A stretch of DNA of 62,900 bases, counting the filler, from Collodictyon triciliatum (taxonomy: Eukaryota), in assembly GCA_043381765.1 (NCBI GenBank). It is 6 parts of 6 records of this genome, joined end to end, with 100 filler letters (N's around TTAATTAATTAA, not from the genome) between each part and the next. Parts side by side here need not be neighbours in the genome. Positions count along the whole stretch, not along the records: positions 11,314 to 22,529 come from JBHJMP010002456.1; positions 22,630 to 31,890 come from JBHJMP010002458.1; 4 more parts are not named here. The stretch is one strand, 5' to 3'. Each line of letters opens with the position of its first letter. The first letter of the stretch is position 1. This document shows, piece after piece, positions 14,501 to 26,400 of the stretch. The position numbers and the translations under genes were made by a program. The notes below the pieces were generated by a model, which had not been told where the DNA came from, ran no database searches, and saw nothing but the letters and a program-made list of their open reading frames with translations.

Positions 14501-17334
14501 TGGATGTGACAGGGATGCCGAACTTCCGGCCCACGTTTAGATTCTACTCCTGGCCAGTTGCACTTATAGGTGCGATTGTCTCTGTAGTGGTGATGTTTGT
14601 ACTGGACCCGCTAAAGGCAGGACTATCTGTGCTGGTGAGACATTCATGATACCACGCCATAAGTGAGAATATCAGTTAGTATGCAAACGAAAGCACACGG
14701 TCGCAAACAATAATTCATGTATTAGTTTGAAAGAACACTTTGTTGATAACATTTTAGCTGAATGATTTTTTTTTTCAGTTTGCCTTTGGAGTGTTCTTTC
14801 TGATATCATACACAAAGCCAAAGAACACTTGGGGGGACATTAGTCAGGCAATAATATATCATCAGGTAAACATTTTGCTTGTTGATTGATTTTGCATACA
14901 AAGCCATCCATTTTATACAATAAGAAACCAATATGATGAACGGCCTATGCCCAGCCCTAAGTGAGAATGGTTCAAATGGCCCGTACCCTGAGCTATCGCT
15001 TGTGCTTCGTGCTCAAACACACATATGACGTAGGTTCGCAAGTATCTCCTGCGATTGGATAGCAGAAAGGAGCACGTCAAGTTCTGGAGACCACAGGTGC
15101 TTGTGATTATCATGTTAAAGGGGGAATGTCAAGTATACAAGTCTTGTTGATATATGTGTCTCCCACGCTGTTCAAGTCTGATGCTTTATTATGCGAACTA
15201 CTTCATGTCTGAAGTTGGTCAGATGTCTGGTATATTGCCTTTGATATACTCACGGTACTCCTCATACACATACTGGCATGAAACGCAGGTGCTTCTATTC
15301 CTATCTGGTAGAAGCAAGAAGCATGAAAATATGACGACGTTTTGCAACGACATCAAGAAAGGCGGACTGTTTGTGGTGGCGCATGTGAATGTCGGACAAA
15401 TGAAAGACAACATCCACACAATCGAGCTTGAGAGGGAAAGGTGGCTATCGGTCATAGACAGGTATGAAATACGCGGCTGATGCCTCAGCCATAGATATGC
15501 ATCGATGCACGAATATAGAGCTTATTAGTATGGCGAAAGGTGAGGCGTATAGGATAAGCTAAGTTACTTAAGTGAAACTACATGTGGCAAGGATAGCTGG
15601 AAGGTCAAGGCTTTTTTCCAATACACAATATCTCCAAGCCTCAGCAGCGGGATATTGAATGTGCTTCTGACCACGGGATTAGGCGCGATGCGGCCAAATA
15701 CTGTAATAAGAGAGTATAAGTATTAAAGAAAAAAAGAAAAGGAAATAAAAAAGGAAAAAAGATGGTAACTTAGACACCCAAACCCATTTAAAGCAAGCCT
15801 ATCACATAGGTGGCACTTGGACTACCAGCAGAGTTCAGTCCAGACTGTGAGGATATCGCATCCTCCAACGCGATACTACGCGAGATGATGGCAGCAATCC
15901 GGACATCGTACTCGCTCGACAAGAACGTACTCATTCTCAACAACTTTGAGACACTTGACCGTGAGAAAGTCAAGAGCTATATTCCACACCAATTGTTGCC
16001 ACGCCTTGACCTGAAGAAGCATGGGCCCCGGGCGGGAAGCAAAGTAGATCTTTGGCTTCTGGACAGTCTTTTCCATCGGATGACTGAGGTAATTTCACGA
16101 TATTTATGAGTTTTTTTCTATTGAGGAAATGAGAAAAAGATCTTGTGTCTACTTTTGCGCTGACAGCATCAACCCCAAGACCAACATGATATGATGATAT
16201 GATGATATGCTAGTCAAAGTTGCATCATTTTCTTTCTTCGGTATTAAATGTGTATGCATGTTGAAAGGGACATAACGTCGTGCATGATTCTATAGGTACA
16301 GAAGACAGTAGCATTGCAGCTGACACATATTTTCCATCGGTCAGACTTCTGGGTCAAGCACACACGGGTGCGAGTTTTGTATGTAGAGTCAACAAAAGAC
16401 AAGCGACTAGGCGAGACGGTTGAGCGGCTTCTGGATATGACACGGACGTTCGGTGAGGTGGTGGGCGTGAATCTGTTCGACCACAAGCGGCTGCAGGATG
16501 TCTCCAAGGCTGCAGGAGTAGAGAAGTAAGCAACATGAAATGAATATGAGTGTGAAAGTATGGTGACAGAACAGTCAGACATCAAGAATATTTTTCCTTT
16601 ATTCGACTCAAAGACATCGAGGATATTGGTAAGTGTGTAGATGAACGATAAAGTAAATCATACAACGACGAGTATCTGTATGAATGAAAACATCAGTATC
16701 GCCTTACTGGATAACAAAAATATCAAGGACACGAGACAAATGAACAGAGTCATGCTTTTTTGTATCTGACGGTTGCGATTGGTGGGACGTATATTTATGA
16801 TGGGTTATTAACAACACCAATAAAAAAAACACACATACAGGGAAGCAGATTGGAGAGACCAACCAGCCGAATGGTGTGAATCGACCTTCCTTCGCATGAA
16901 ACCGACCCAAAAAGCAAAGGTGCGTATAGTTTTACATACATCATGAGACCGGACAAGATAGTATGCATATTTTTTTTTGAAAGGGGTGGGCCGAAGACAT
17001 GAGGTATGAAGTATCGAAATGTATGGTTGGTTCATATCATAATATAAGACTCGTTTGTGGCCTGAGAGGACTTTGTGAGAAAGTAATATTCAAGCTGTAA
17101 TTTGTGTAATTGGTACAGATACTGAACCGTGTGATTGGCGAGCACTGCAGCAAAACCAGCGTTGTTTACATCGCGGTGACGACAAATGTGGGGTATTTCG
17201 GGTATGAGGGGCAAGAAGTGTCGAGCGAGGAGGACAGAGTGTTTCTGGATAGCATCGGGGAACTGAGCTTCAGCCTTCCGCCAACAACAATAATCCTACC
17301 CACGGACAAAGCTGTTATATCATCAGCGATGTAG
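11542..17334 (+). CDS. SLC12-family cation-chloride cotransporter (SLC12A9/CCC1-like), about 20 exons
   Basis: Motifs: [141 protein letters not shown] at 11542, TAG at 17332-17334. Confidence 0.95.
16577..16627 (-). mobile_element. Micro retro-insertion (LINE 3' tail) with 16-bp TSD
   Basis: AGACATCAAGAATATT [TTTCCTTTATTCGACTCAA] AGACATCGAGGATATT; the two flanks differ at 2 positions. Confidence 0.75.
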
Positions 17335-18082
17335 ATTACTGCATCATCCAGGGCGACCTTCGATCGCATCACACTATCATTAAAGCTTTTGTTCTTTCTT
17401 TTATTCTTTTGTTCTTTTTTCTTTTATCGAGCGCGATTCTATGAATATTTGCATATGCTTTTGTAGTGACCTACAAATGTCTTTAGGCGAAGTTCTTGTT
17501 TTCAATAGAGCGAGTTTTAGATTCTGAAAATATTGCACTTTTTATGCTCCAGTGCCATATTTTTGGTGATGCGATTGATTTAATATGCAATCACTTTGAA
17601 AGTAATAGTGGAGGGAAAAAATAATTTTAATTCGGAGTCGGGCCCAAAATAAATGTGTCTTTGCGCCCCGGACGATGTGCTGGCCTTTTCTTGCGGTTTT
17701 AATCATGCCAACGCCCACCAACCCCCTTCTTTCGTCATTGATGTGAAGATGCCTAAATCGTCCATACAGTTCGCAACTTCCTGGACGATCTGAGAACAAT
17801 GGTTTATTTTCCACTTTCACGGGTCTTCTGTGAATCGTCGCGGATGCGGTTGTGTTTTGTCAGGTTCCACTCTTTCCGCGCAGCGATTCGCCGCAGATTC
17901 ATAAAATATCTTTTGCGGCAAACCCGGCGCGTAATCGGGTATGCCATCGTGAATCAATAGCTGCCACCATCATTCCTTAGCTACTAAAGCTCTTGTTTTG
18001 AGACATGTCTACGCTCAAGAATATTGGTCGGCCTCGAACAAACCACGCCCTCAAAACGCCTTGCCTTCCACGCCAGGTCGCC

Positions 18083-19191
18083 ATGAACTCAAACTCTGCG
18101 CTCGTCCTTGTGGCCCTGCTCGTAGCCTCCGCCCTTTTCGCCTCCGCTGCCCCGCAACCAGAGCGCCGCCTCATTCAGTGGAGCGAGGATCCTGCCTCTC
18201 GCGAGTGGCTGACACTGCCCGAGGTCATTCCTCCACACGTCCTCACTCGCTTTCCCCCATTCTTTTCTTTTCTTTTCTTTTCTTTTCTTTTCTTTTCTTT
18301 TCTTTTCTTTTCTTTTCTTTTCTTTTTCTCTCTTCTTTTATTTTCTTTTTCTTTTTCTTTTTCTTTTTCTTTTTCTTTTTCTTTTTCTTTTTCTTTTTCT
18401 CTTTTTCTTTTCTCTTTTACTTATGTCTCGTCATGCTGGAAGCGAAGTATTCACGTCCCTCTCAAGTCCTCCCCATATCATCAACCCCTTTTTTATGGTG
18501 TTAATGATTTCTTCTTCGTTTTTCGACCCGCAGCTGGAGGAGCGCATAGCTAAGCTCCATGAAAAGAAGGGCCTTGGACTCGGCTTCATGGATGTCACCG
18601 ACTCACTTGTAAGACATACTCACCTCAGCTTTGCTGCTTTTTTATTATTACTTATTTCTCTGCTATAGTGGCACTCTGTTTCTTTTGCATGAAACATACA
18701 CCCACGCATATGCATTCATTCCGAAGGCAGACGCTCATCTACCAAGACCTTCTCATAAAAAAAAAAAAACATGACGTTGTATAGGAACCGGTTCCAGCGG
18801 GACTAAGTGTGGATGCAATCCCCACACAACCATCGAAGCAGGTACAAAGTCATGATATGATGAGATTAAAGGAAAGATAAGAGGGACATATATAGAGTTA
18901 AAGTAGGGGTAACGGCAGACTATTTAATTATCTAATGTGTTTGTATGGACAAGGCTATTGTGAACCCTCTGCTTGGGAAAGTTAGCAGCACCAACCTGAA
19001 GGATACTGTGACCAAGCTATCTTCTTATTTCAATAGGCAATTCATCTTTTTTTTGTATAACACATATATAGGCAATCAATTTTTCCTCGGAAATGATTGA
19101 CTTTGAAAGTCAGTATCGAAATAACATCTATCATTCATCGCCTTGTAATGTAAGATATTACCTCACTGCCACTGGAGCTGAATCAGCCAAC
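18083..19191 (+). CDS. Secreted M28-family leucyl aminopeptidase precursor (5' part; truncated by an N gap)
   Basis: Signal peptide MNSNSALVLVALLVASALFASA, propeptide RLIQWSEDPASREWLT...GFMDVTD, then IVNPLLGKVSSTNLKDTVTKLSSYFNRYYLTATGAESA. This is typical of the LAP1/M28E N-terminus. Confidence 0.85.
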
Positions 19192-19689
19192 NNNNNNNNN
19201 NNNNNNNNNNNNNNNNNNNNNNNNNNNNNNNNNNNNNNNNNNNNNNNNNNNNNNNNNNNNNNNNNNNNNNNNNNNNNNNNNNNNNNNNNNNNNNNNNNNN
19301 NNNNNNNNNNNNNNNNNNNNNNNNNNNNNNNNNNNNNNNNNNNNNNNNNNNNNNNNNNNNNNNNNNNNNNNNNNNNNNNNNNNNNNNNNNNNNNNNNNNN
19401 NNNNNNNNNNNNNNNNNNNNNNNNNNNNNNNNNNNNNNNNNNNNNNNNNNNNNNNNNNNNNNNNNNNNNNNNNNNNNNNNNNNNNNNNNNNNNNNNNNNN
19501 NNNNNNNNNNNNNNNNNNNNNNNNNNNNNNNNNNNNNNNNNNNNNNNNNNNNNNNNNNNNNNNNNNNNNNNNNNNNNNNNNNNNNNNNNNNNNNNNNNNN
19601 NNNNNNNNNNNNNNNNNNNNNNNNNNNNNNNNNNNNNNNNNNNNACTAGAAAACCAAAGGTATTGCTCAAAGTCTTAGACACAATTTAC

Positions 19690-20060
19690 AGGAACTGCTT
19701 ATAACCATTTGCCAGCATCGCCGGTTTCTTGCCGTCTATCATTTTACGTATGTGTTTAATGCCAATTTTTCACTTTTTTGTTTTGATTTTGATCTTCTAG
19801 GAGGCACCGAAACCAACTTATACGATGGACGATGATGAGTTTTTCGCTCGACAGGTTAACCATTTATCATACTGTTCAAAAAAAAAAAGATTTATCATGT
19901 ATGGTGTTTCATAATGCGCATCAGAAACATGCTCCTGGTAATTCGTTTTTGACGGCGTCACTTTTGTTTCTTGTAGGAGAAGGTTGTGGCATTTGTGAAT
20001 GGCAAGCATCATAAAGGGAAGCCTTTCACCCGCATCAAGGGCCCGGTGCAAGGCAAGTAA
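19690..20060 (+). CDS. 3' exons of an unidentified gene (after the gap)
   Basis: Three AG/GT-bounded exons splice to TAYNHLPASPVSCRLSFY / EAPKPTYTMDDDEFFARQ / EKVVAFVNGKHHKGKPFTRIKGPVQGK*. Confidence 0.4.
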
Positions 20061-20359
20061 AGGCACGCTGCGCTTGAACTTCATCTCTGCGCCCATCCCT
20101 GTGTTTGAATCGTGGGATTGGTGGCGGGTTGCGCTGAGTCTTTTTTTCCTTGCACGGCGAACACAACATAAGTACGCGATAATCGGCCATTTGTTCGTCT
20201 GTTGTCCACATCCTTAATGATAATAAAAAATAAATATCAAAAGGAATGGAAACTCGTTCGTCGAACATAACATGTAACCAATTATGAACCCATTTTCTGC
20301 CTTTGTATTCTTTTGTTTCCCTTCTCTTTTTTCCAGTTGTATTCCGTGGTGCTTGGGCC

Positions 20360-20510
20360 GAGAACATTTTCTGCTCGTTTACTTCTGGCTATAAGAAGTA
20401 TATCAATCTTTCGAAAAAAAAACTTGGTGCGCTAGTATCCAAGGTCTCACCACTTTTTTCACAGGTTGTGTAGTGGTGAAGGCTGCCAGGAAAGACCCAA
20501 AAGCCTGATT
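20360..20510 (-). ncRNA. Candidate Fanzor omegaRNA scaffold, copy A
   Basis: Lies 3' of RuvC-III and is shared with copy B. Stems: TCACCACT/AGTGGTGA (20447-20479), CTTGG/CCAAG (20423-20443), TACTTCT/AGAAGTA (20380-20400). Confidence 0.55.
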
Positions 20511-22082
20511 TTTTAGAGAAAGGTGTAGGCATATTTTGTAGGATTAAAAGAACTTTCGTGAGTATATTTTTAGCGCTGTTAAAGTCCCTATCAAGAATAC
20601 ACTTTGTTTGCTTTCTGAGCGATTACATTCTTTACATATGAGACATCTATACACTTTTTTTTATATTTCCTTTCGGTGTCATATATTCCAGTTCTTTTTC
20701 GCAGTTGCAGCACATCTTGGAGGTTTTTAATTCATATACACTGTTTCAAAACGTTTGGATTGTATTTTTCGTAATCATCTTCCGATTGTTTGCATAAAAT
20801 GCTTCACCTGAGATTTTCTGCTCCAGTCTCCATACGCCAGAACAACATCATTGCCAAATGTCTTTTCGATTCGGTCCATAAACAACTGTTCACTTCATTT
20901 TGTATTAACATACTGTCTTCACCTCATCTTTCGAAAAGTCAATTGTTCATAAAATCTGGATAATTCTATCTGGTATTTTGATTTCATAGATACATATTCT
21001 CGAAATTGTTCATAATCGACCGTGCATGAATTATGTTTACTCAGTTCTGTCTCTAAATCGATTAAAGATGCTCTTGATGTCTCAAACCGCTGATTCTCTT
21101 CAAAAGTCCTGACCAAAAGAAACAGCACTTTGTAAATATGTTGTCATCCATATCCCTGAAGCATTGTACTTTTTTTTTTCTCGCGCATGAGTATTTTTTG
21201 ATTTTTAAGAGATTTGCTGTCATGTCTTGTTTGGTGTGCCGTGTAGCGTAATTTCTTACCTGTCTCATCCACCATGTAAACCAAATTAAACTTGCCTGCA
21301 TCTACTCCAACTACATTTTTTTTTTGTCGCTAATAGAGATAACTGCTCTTCGGAAAGTTCATCAATATAAACATATTCTTGGTGGGGTTTTTTTTTATTA
21401 TACTTGGGTTTAGAATTTTGAAATACCTTTCTTTTCTAACAATAATGACATCGCCAAGGCGTGTGTTTGTATCATGTATTTAAAATTCTAGTATCTTTGA
21501 TGAAATATCCTCTTCTTCATTTCAAAGAACTTATCCCATAGGGTCTCTTCGAATCCATATATATTCTTCAGTAATGATGTTTTTCCAGTTGATACTAATA
21601 AATTTATCAAACATGCAGTATCTAGAGCAATATGACATGATATTGTGAGTTCTTATAGGGATTGGTTGAAACAGTTAAGTTGCAATGTCCTCAAAAAATG
21701 CGATTCATGTAAATCAAACATGGTGTGTACTTCTTTGGATTAACTTTGATGTCATATTCGATGCCATTTACCATATCGCTGGGAATGATATGATGCATAT
21801 GCGTTGTAGCCCATTCTTTATATTGTTCCGGTATTTCGAGTTTCTTGAAGATGGCTTCTTTTTTTTTTTTTTAACTTTCGTAACTCTGCCTTTTTAGTAG
21901 CTTCCGTAATATTCTCATCTTTAGGAACTGTTTGATTTAATAAACGCAGTAATATCTTTACAGAATGTTTGTTAATGTTATTATGATAAGCTGTTAACAT
22001 TTGCTTCGCCAAGTATAGTAATACATGAGACAGTCTAACGACGGAAAGCGTTCTTCTCGGGACAAAAGGAATCGAAAACCAT

Positions 22083-22145
22083 AGAGATAAAAAGTCATCA
22101 TTTTTTTTTTCCTTTATTCGATTCAAAGAGATAAAAAGTCATCAT
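22083..22145 (-). mobile_element. Micro retro-insertion (25 nt) with perfect 19-bp TSD inside Fanzor copy A
   Basis: AGAGATAAAAAGTCATCAT [T9-CCTTTATTCGATTCAA] AGAGATAAAAAGTCATCAT. The homologous position in copy B (about 52021-52045) is single-copy and empty. Confidence 0.9.
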
Positions 22146-22458
22146 GTCATCTCTCAAACCTGGTTTTTAATCTTGCTGGTCTATCTTGTGAAACTATTCC
22201 GACTGTCTTTAAAGCGTACAAAAAACGATTCATGGATTGTTGGGAGTTGTTGTGATTTCAATACGTAATATCTTGCAAACATATAAGTGTCAGTAACCGA
22301 ATTATGACACAGTAAAACCGTATCGTTGATTTTCGTGATAGTCGTCCGGATTCTTTACAATCGACTTTAGAGATGTTTTCACATTTAGATAGTGTGGTTT
22401 TATGAATTTTAGATTCTTAGACTCAAGGCTTTTCTTTTCTTCATGTGAAAGTCTTTGT

Positions 22459-22529
<71 letters not shown>

Positions 22530-22629
22530 NNNNNNNNNNNNNNNNNNNNNNNNNNNNNNNNNNNNNNNNNNNNTTAATTAATTAANNNNNNNNNNNNNNN
22601 NNNNNNNNNNNNNNNNNNNNNNNNNNNNN

Positions 22630-22729
<100 letters not shown>

Positions 22730-22850
22730 AAATGAAAATGAAAATGAAAATGAAAATGAAAATGAAAATGGTCACAATGACACATGGATATCAGTTAAGG
22801 GCAAACGGGCAATTTTACTGTGAGTTAAGGAAAGCCTAAATAGACGCTAC

Positions 22851-23000
22851 CGCTCCTCCATGGATGAAGATAAAGACGGGCGGCTTCTTCTCACTTTCTG
22901 CAGGCAAGTACAGGTCCAATGCTACAAGTCTTCCCCATTTTTCACGCACGCCTTCGTCAGGGTGGTATGCAACGTCAAAAACCTCGCGAATGCTGCTCAT
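22851..23000 (-). CDS. First exon of an HGG-type alpha/beta hydrolase (arylformamidase/carboxylesterase-like); the rest is lost at the scaffold end
   Basis: MSSIREVFDVAYHPDEGVREKWGRLVALDLYLPAESEKKPPVFIFIHGGA followed by a GT donor. The DV-x-Y...LDLYLP...PVFIFIHGG signature is present. Confidence 0.8.
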
Positions 23001-23411
23001 ACTTGACCCTCCTTTTTCCCTTTTTTTTTTTTGTAATTTATTTGTTCATTATTCTTTTCATTCTTTTTTATCGTTTCAGAGACAGCACATCCAATATCAC
23101 GCGTTCACCTTTTCTCTTTTCAAGGATGCTCTTCAGCTTATCCGTTTCCACGCTTGAAGCTCTACAGCTTCCTGTGCTGGCAGTGCCAAGCGCGAACGAA
23201 AGCTGCTCACAACGAGGGGTACCACGAGCAGAAGCTGATTTGTGATGTCCAAGCAGATGGCGCCTTTCAAGGGTGTCAGATTTGGTATGGCTGCGCGTGT
23301 TAATGCAACACTTTGCCAGAAGATTGTTCTCATCTGCTTTGTCCTTTCCCATCTCCTTTGTTCTCCTTTATTCTTTATTTTCTTTTATTATCCTTTTTTG
23401 CCACGGTTAAC

Positions 23412-26400
23412 TCAGAGTCTGGACTTGGGCAGCTTCTTTGGCGTCGGCTTTTGGATTCCAAAATGATGCAGAATGTTGCGCACTAACTTCTGAAGTTTTG
23501 CATCGACGCTGACTGCATATCCGGCATTGACGCTCCCAAAGTTCACGACACAGCCTGATGTTCAAATACATCTTAGACACAAGCAACTTCAACATAAAGA
23601 AGCCATTCATGAGAACAAGCATAGAAAAAAAAGAGGGAAAGTTGGATATTTTTGAAGTATTCTAGTTTTGATAAATATGTGCGATGGGGGTTGGGCTCGC
23701 AAACCTCCGCTCGGACGGACCCAGTATATCAGCTCACCAGCCCGGGTAAAGTTGGCTGCAGGTCTCCAAAAGAAGTCGGTGATTATCTTAACCTCACCTT
23801 TCGGTTAAACAAAAATAACACTAGTTTTTAGATGCAATTTTACTTTGTACAAGACTTTGTTCCGTGCATCACATGTGCCAGACAACCTTTCTCTTAAAAT
23901 AAAACAAACAGCTCAATCTCAAAGCACTCTTGAGAGAGAAAATAAAATCGTTACAATGAAATCCTGGTATATTAAAGCAAACCGATGTTGCCTGCTGCCA
24001 GAAGCTGCATGCCAAATGGATCCTTCAAACAAATGGCTCCTACAGGATTTGGTAACAACTGATTCGAGTTAATGGTTGAACATCGCGCGTCCATTTCATG
24101 ACCATTTGCCAAAGGGCCGCCTAATTCCTCTCCGCACCTGTGCGATTGAAAGAGAGGTTGGTTCGAACAACACCACGAATGCACTTTTTTTTGCTGTACA
24201 TCTATTTCCATAAATATCAATTGTAAAAAAACTACTGCATCAGGATACCTCACGCCAACGTTCTCGGGATGCTGGAAGAGGAAATGATAAGGGTTTTCAA
24301 CAATATAAGGCCCAAATTGCTTTACATTATTGGGGTCGGAGCATATCACAGATTCCAACCCATGAATATGTATTCCTGACAATCCACACTCGCGCATCGG
24401 TCCTCCTCGAAGCTTGTCCTGTATTTACGGGTATAATAACTTTGAATATCAAAAGGTCGTTCCTGTCTGATATAAGAGTCGTATCGGTTCCATTTGAGAA
24501 AACATACACACAAAAATACTTTGAGGACACAACAAAATAAAATCTACGTGCAACCTGGCTGTGATAGCACTCTCCTCTTCGCTCTTTAGGCACTTGTTCG
24601 CGCGTCATTTCAAAATCTACCTTTCTGCATTCTATGATTGAATAATCATGGTTGTAACTAACCCTCCAGCTTCCAGTGTTTCCAGATAAGCACAGCAGGT
24701 TTCCTCCGTCCTTTAGATAATTATCCAGACCGTCATACATCCCTTTACTCCAATATTCATTGTGGCCGTTCAAAACAACAACCTGATGGTAGTTCGTTAA
24801 TTCTTTATTCTTTTTTATTCTTCCTTTCAACTTTTTGTGCAGGACCGAGGGAGTTCGTTAATTCTTCATATAATCGAACGTAAACGTACCTTGATTTACT
24901 GCCATAAAATCCGAAAATAGATATATGAAGACCATAGAAGAAGAGATTGATACCACTCGATTTTTCAAAGAGAATTGTTACCTCATAATCTTTTATGCTT
25001 TCGGGGTGCCTATCCAAATCAGAATCATCCATCACATCGTATTGGTAGTTCTCTAGCTCTAGCCACGAGGAAAAATATCTTTCAGCACGAACCAAATGGG
25101 AGTATGAAGTTACGGGAGAATAAATGACGTATGGGCTTGCGACTGGGCAGGGTGTTTTTTTACCCATCTGTGATTTTTTATTCATTAATATATGTTTAAT
25201 ATTGTACATAACCACATGGCTAGGTCATAATTTCATAAAACAACAAACGTAATATGTGCCTTGCCCGGCGCGATGAAATCGATAAAATGAGTGAGCTGGT
25301 GGATTGGAACTGTCATTCTCTATCCCTTGAGTGCTTCTATGTGGCTGTATTAAACCAGGTATGTTTTCTCCAAATCGTGTGGCATTGTATGCATGCCAAG
25401 TATTTGATGATGCAATCAAACAAATGGACGCTTTAGCTTCTACCTTATTTCTAATGGGTCAAAAAAAAAAAGCTAAAATTATAGAAATAAAATATGTTGT
25501 TGTGAAAGCCTTGAATAATTTCATTTGGTCTTCAACTCCGAATACCATATTTGAAGAACCAGACCTACCTCTTCACTAGGAATGTGACACAGTATGTGTA
25601 CTTTAGATCTCCCTCATTGGAGTAGAATTTTGCTGCGTAAAATCCGGGCTTTGCATTTGGCGGTATGGAAATTGTGTGGGATGGCTCCCAACCGCAGTCA
25701 ACAATATCATCTGAACAGAGACGTAATCCATGGCCCCTTGATAGGTCCCGAACTGGATAGTAATCTGAATATCTCCCCACTTTTCCGGCATCAAATGAGG
25801 GTCCCCCAATCATCCATGTTCCATGATTTACCAACACGGCATCAAATCTGTTCATGGAGACGTCTCTACAAGATTCATGATGGAGATTAAATAAAGCCAT
25901 ATACGGAATAAGTAAAAGTGATAAAGATTACTGGACTCGTTCTCCGTCTTCCTCGTGAAAGTCGTAACACAATATAGCGTCTTCCGGAATCTTCAAGGTT
26001 TCAAACGAAATGTTAGTGAAGGTAAAAAAACAGCAAATCAGTTCCTGCTACCTTCAATCCCCTCATGGAATAGAAATAAGCTATTTCATCATCAGACAGC
26101 ACCCCACTATGAACCGAAACCATGGCCAAGTCTCCATCCAGTAAATTTTTGATGTATGGGCCTCTTCAAAAGCAAGTTAATAGGATTCGATGAATATAAA
26201 TACGCTGACTTGTAACAGCGTGTTTCCAGCAAATATTGGCAGATATTATATACCTTAAAGAACCCCCAAGGATGATGCGGCAATTCGATACGCTGATACC
26301 ACCTGCATATTTTTTATTTTATAAGTGTGTAAGATATAATTAATGATTTTTTTTAAAAAAAAACTTTCTTCACTTTTTTCGTATGACCAGTGTGCACAGC

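Larger units (their letters stand above)
20360..22465 (-). mobile_element. Fanzor1-like (TnpB-derived) element, copy A, frameshifted; 5' end cut by poly-T and scaffold end
   Basis: Fragments read VKTSLKSIVKNP; LYLAKQMLTAYHNNINKH; RuvC-I VVGVDAGKFNLVYMVDE (Asp codon 21300-21302); VVLAYGDWS; TSKMCCNC and CKEC zinc finger; RuvC-III LDRDFNSAKNIL. Colinear with copy B. Confidence 0.88.

Noticed and set aside
21110-21169. Possible GT-AG intron inside Fanzor copy A
   Set aside because: Copy B lacks both the GT and the AG at the aligned positions, and splicing does not restore the frame with the observed A-run. More copies are needed to resolve it.
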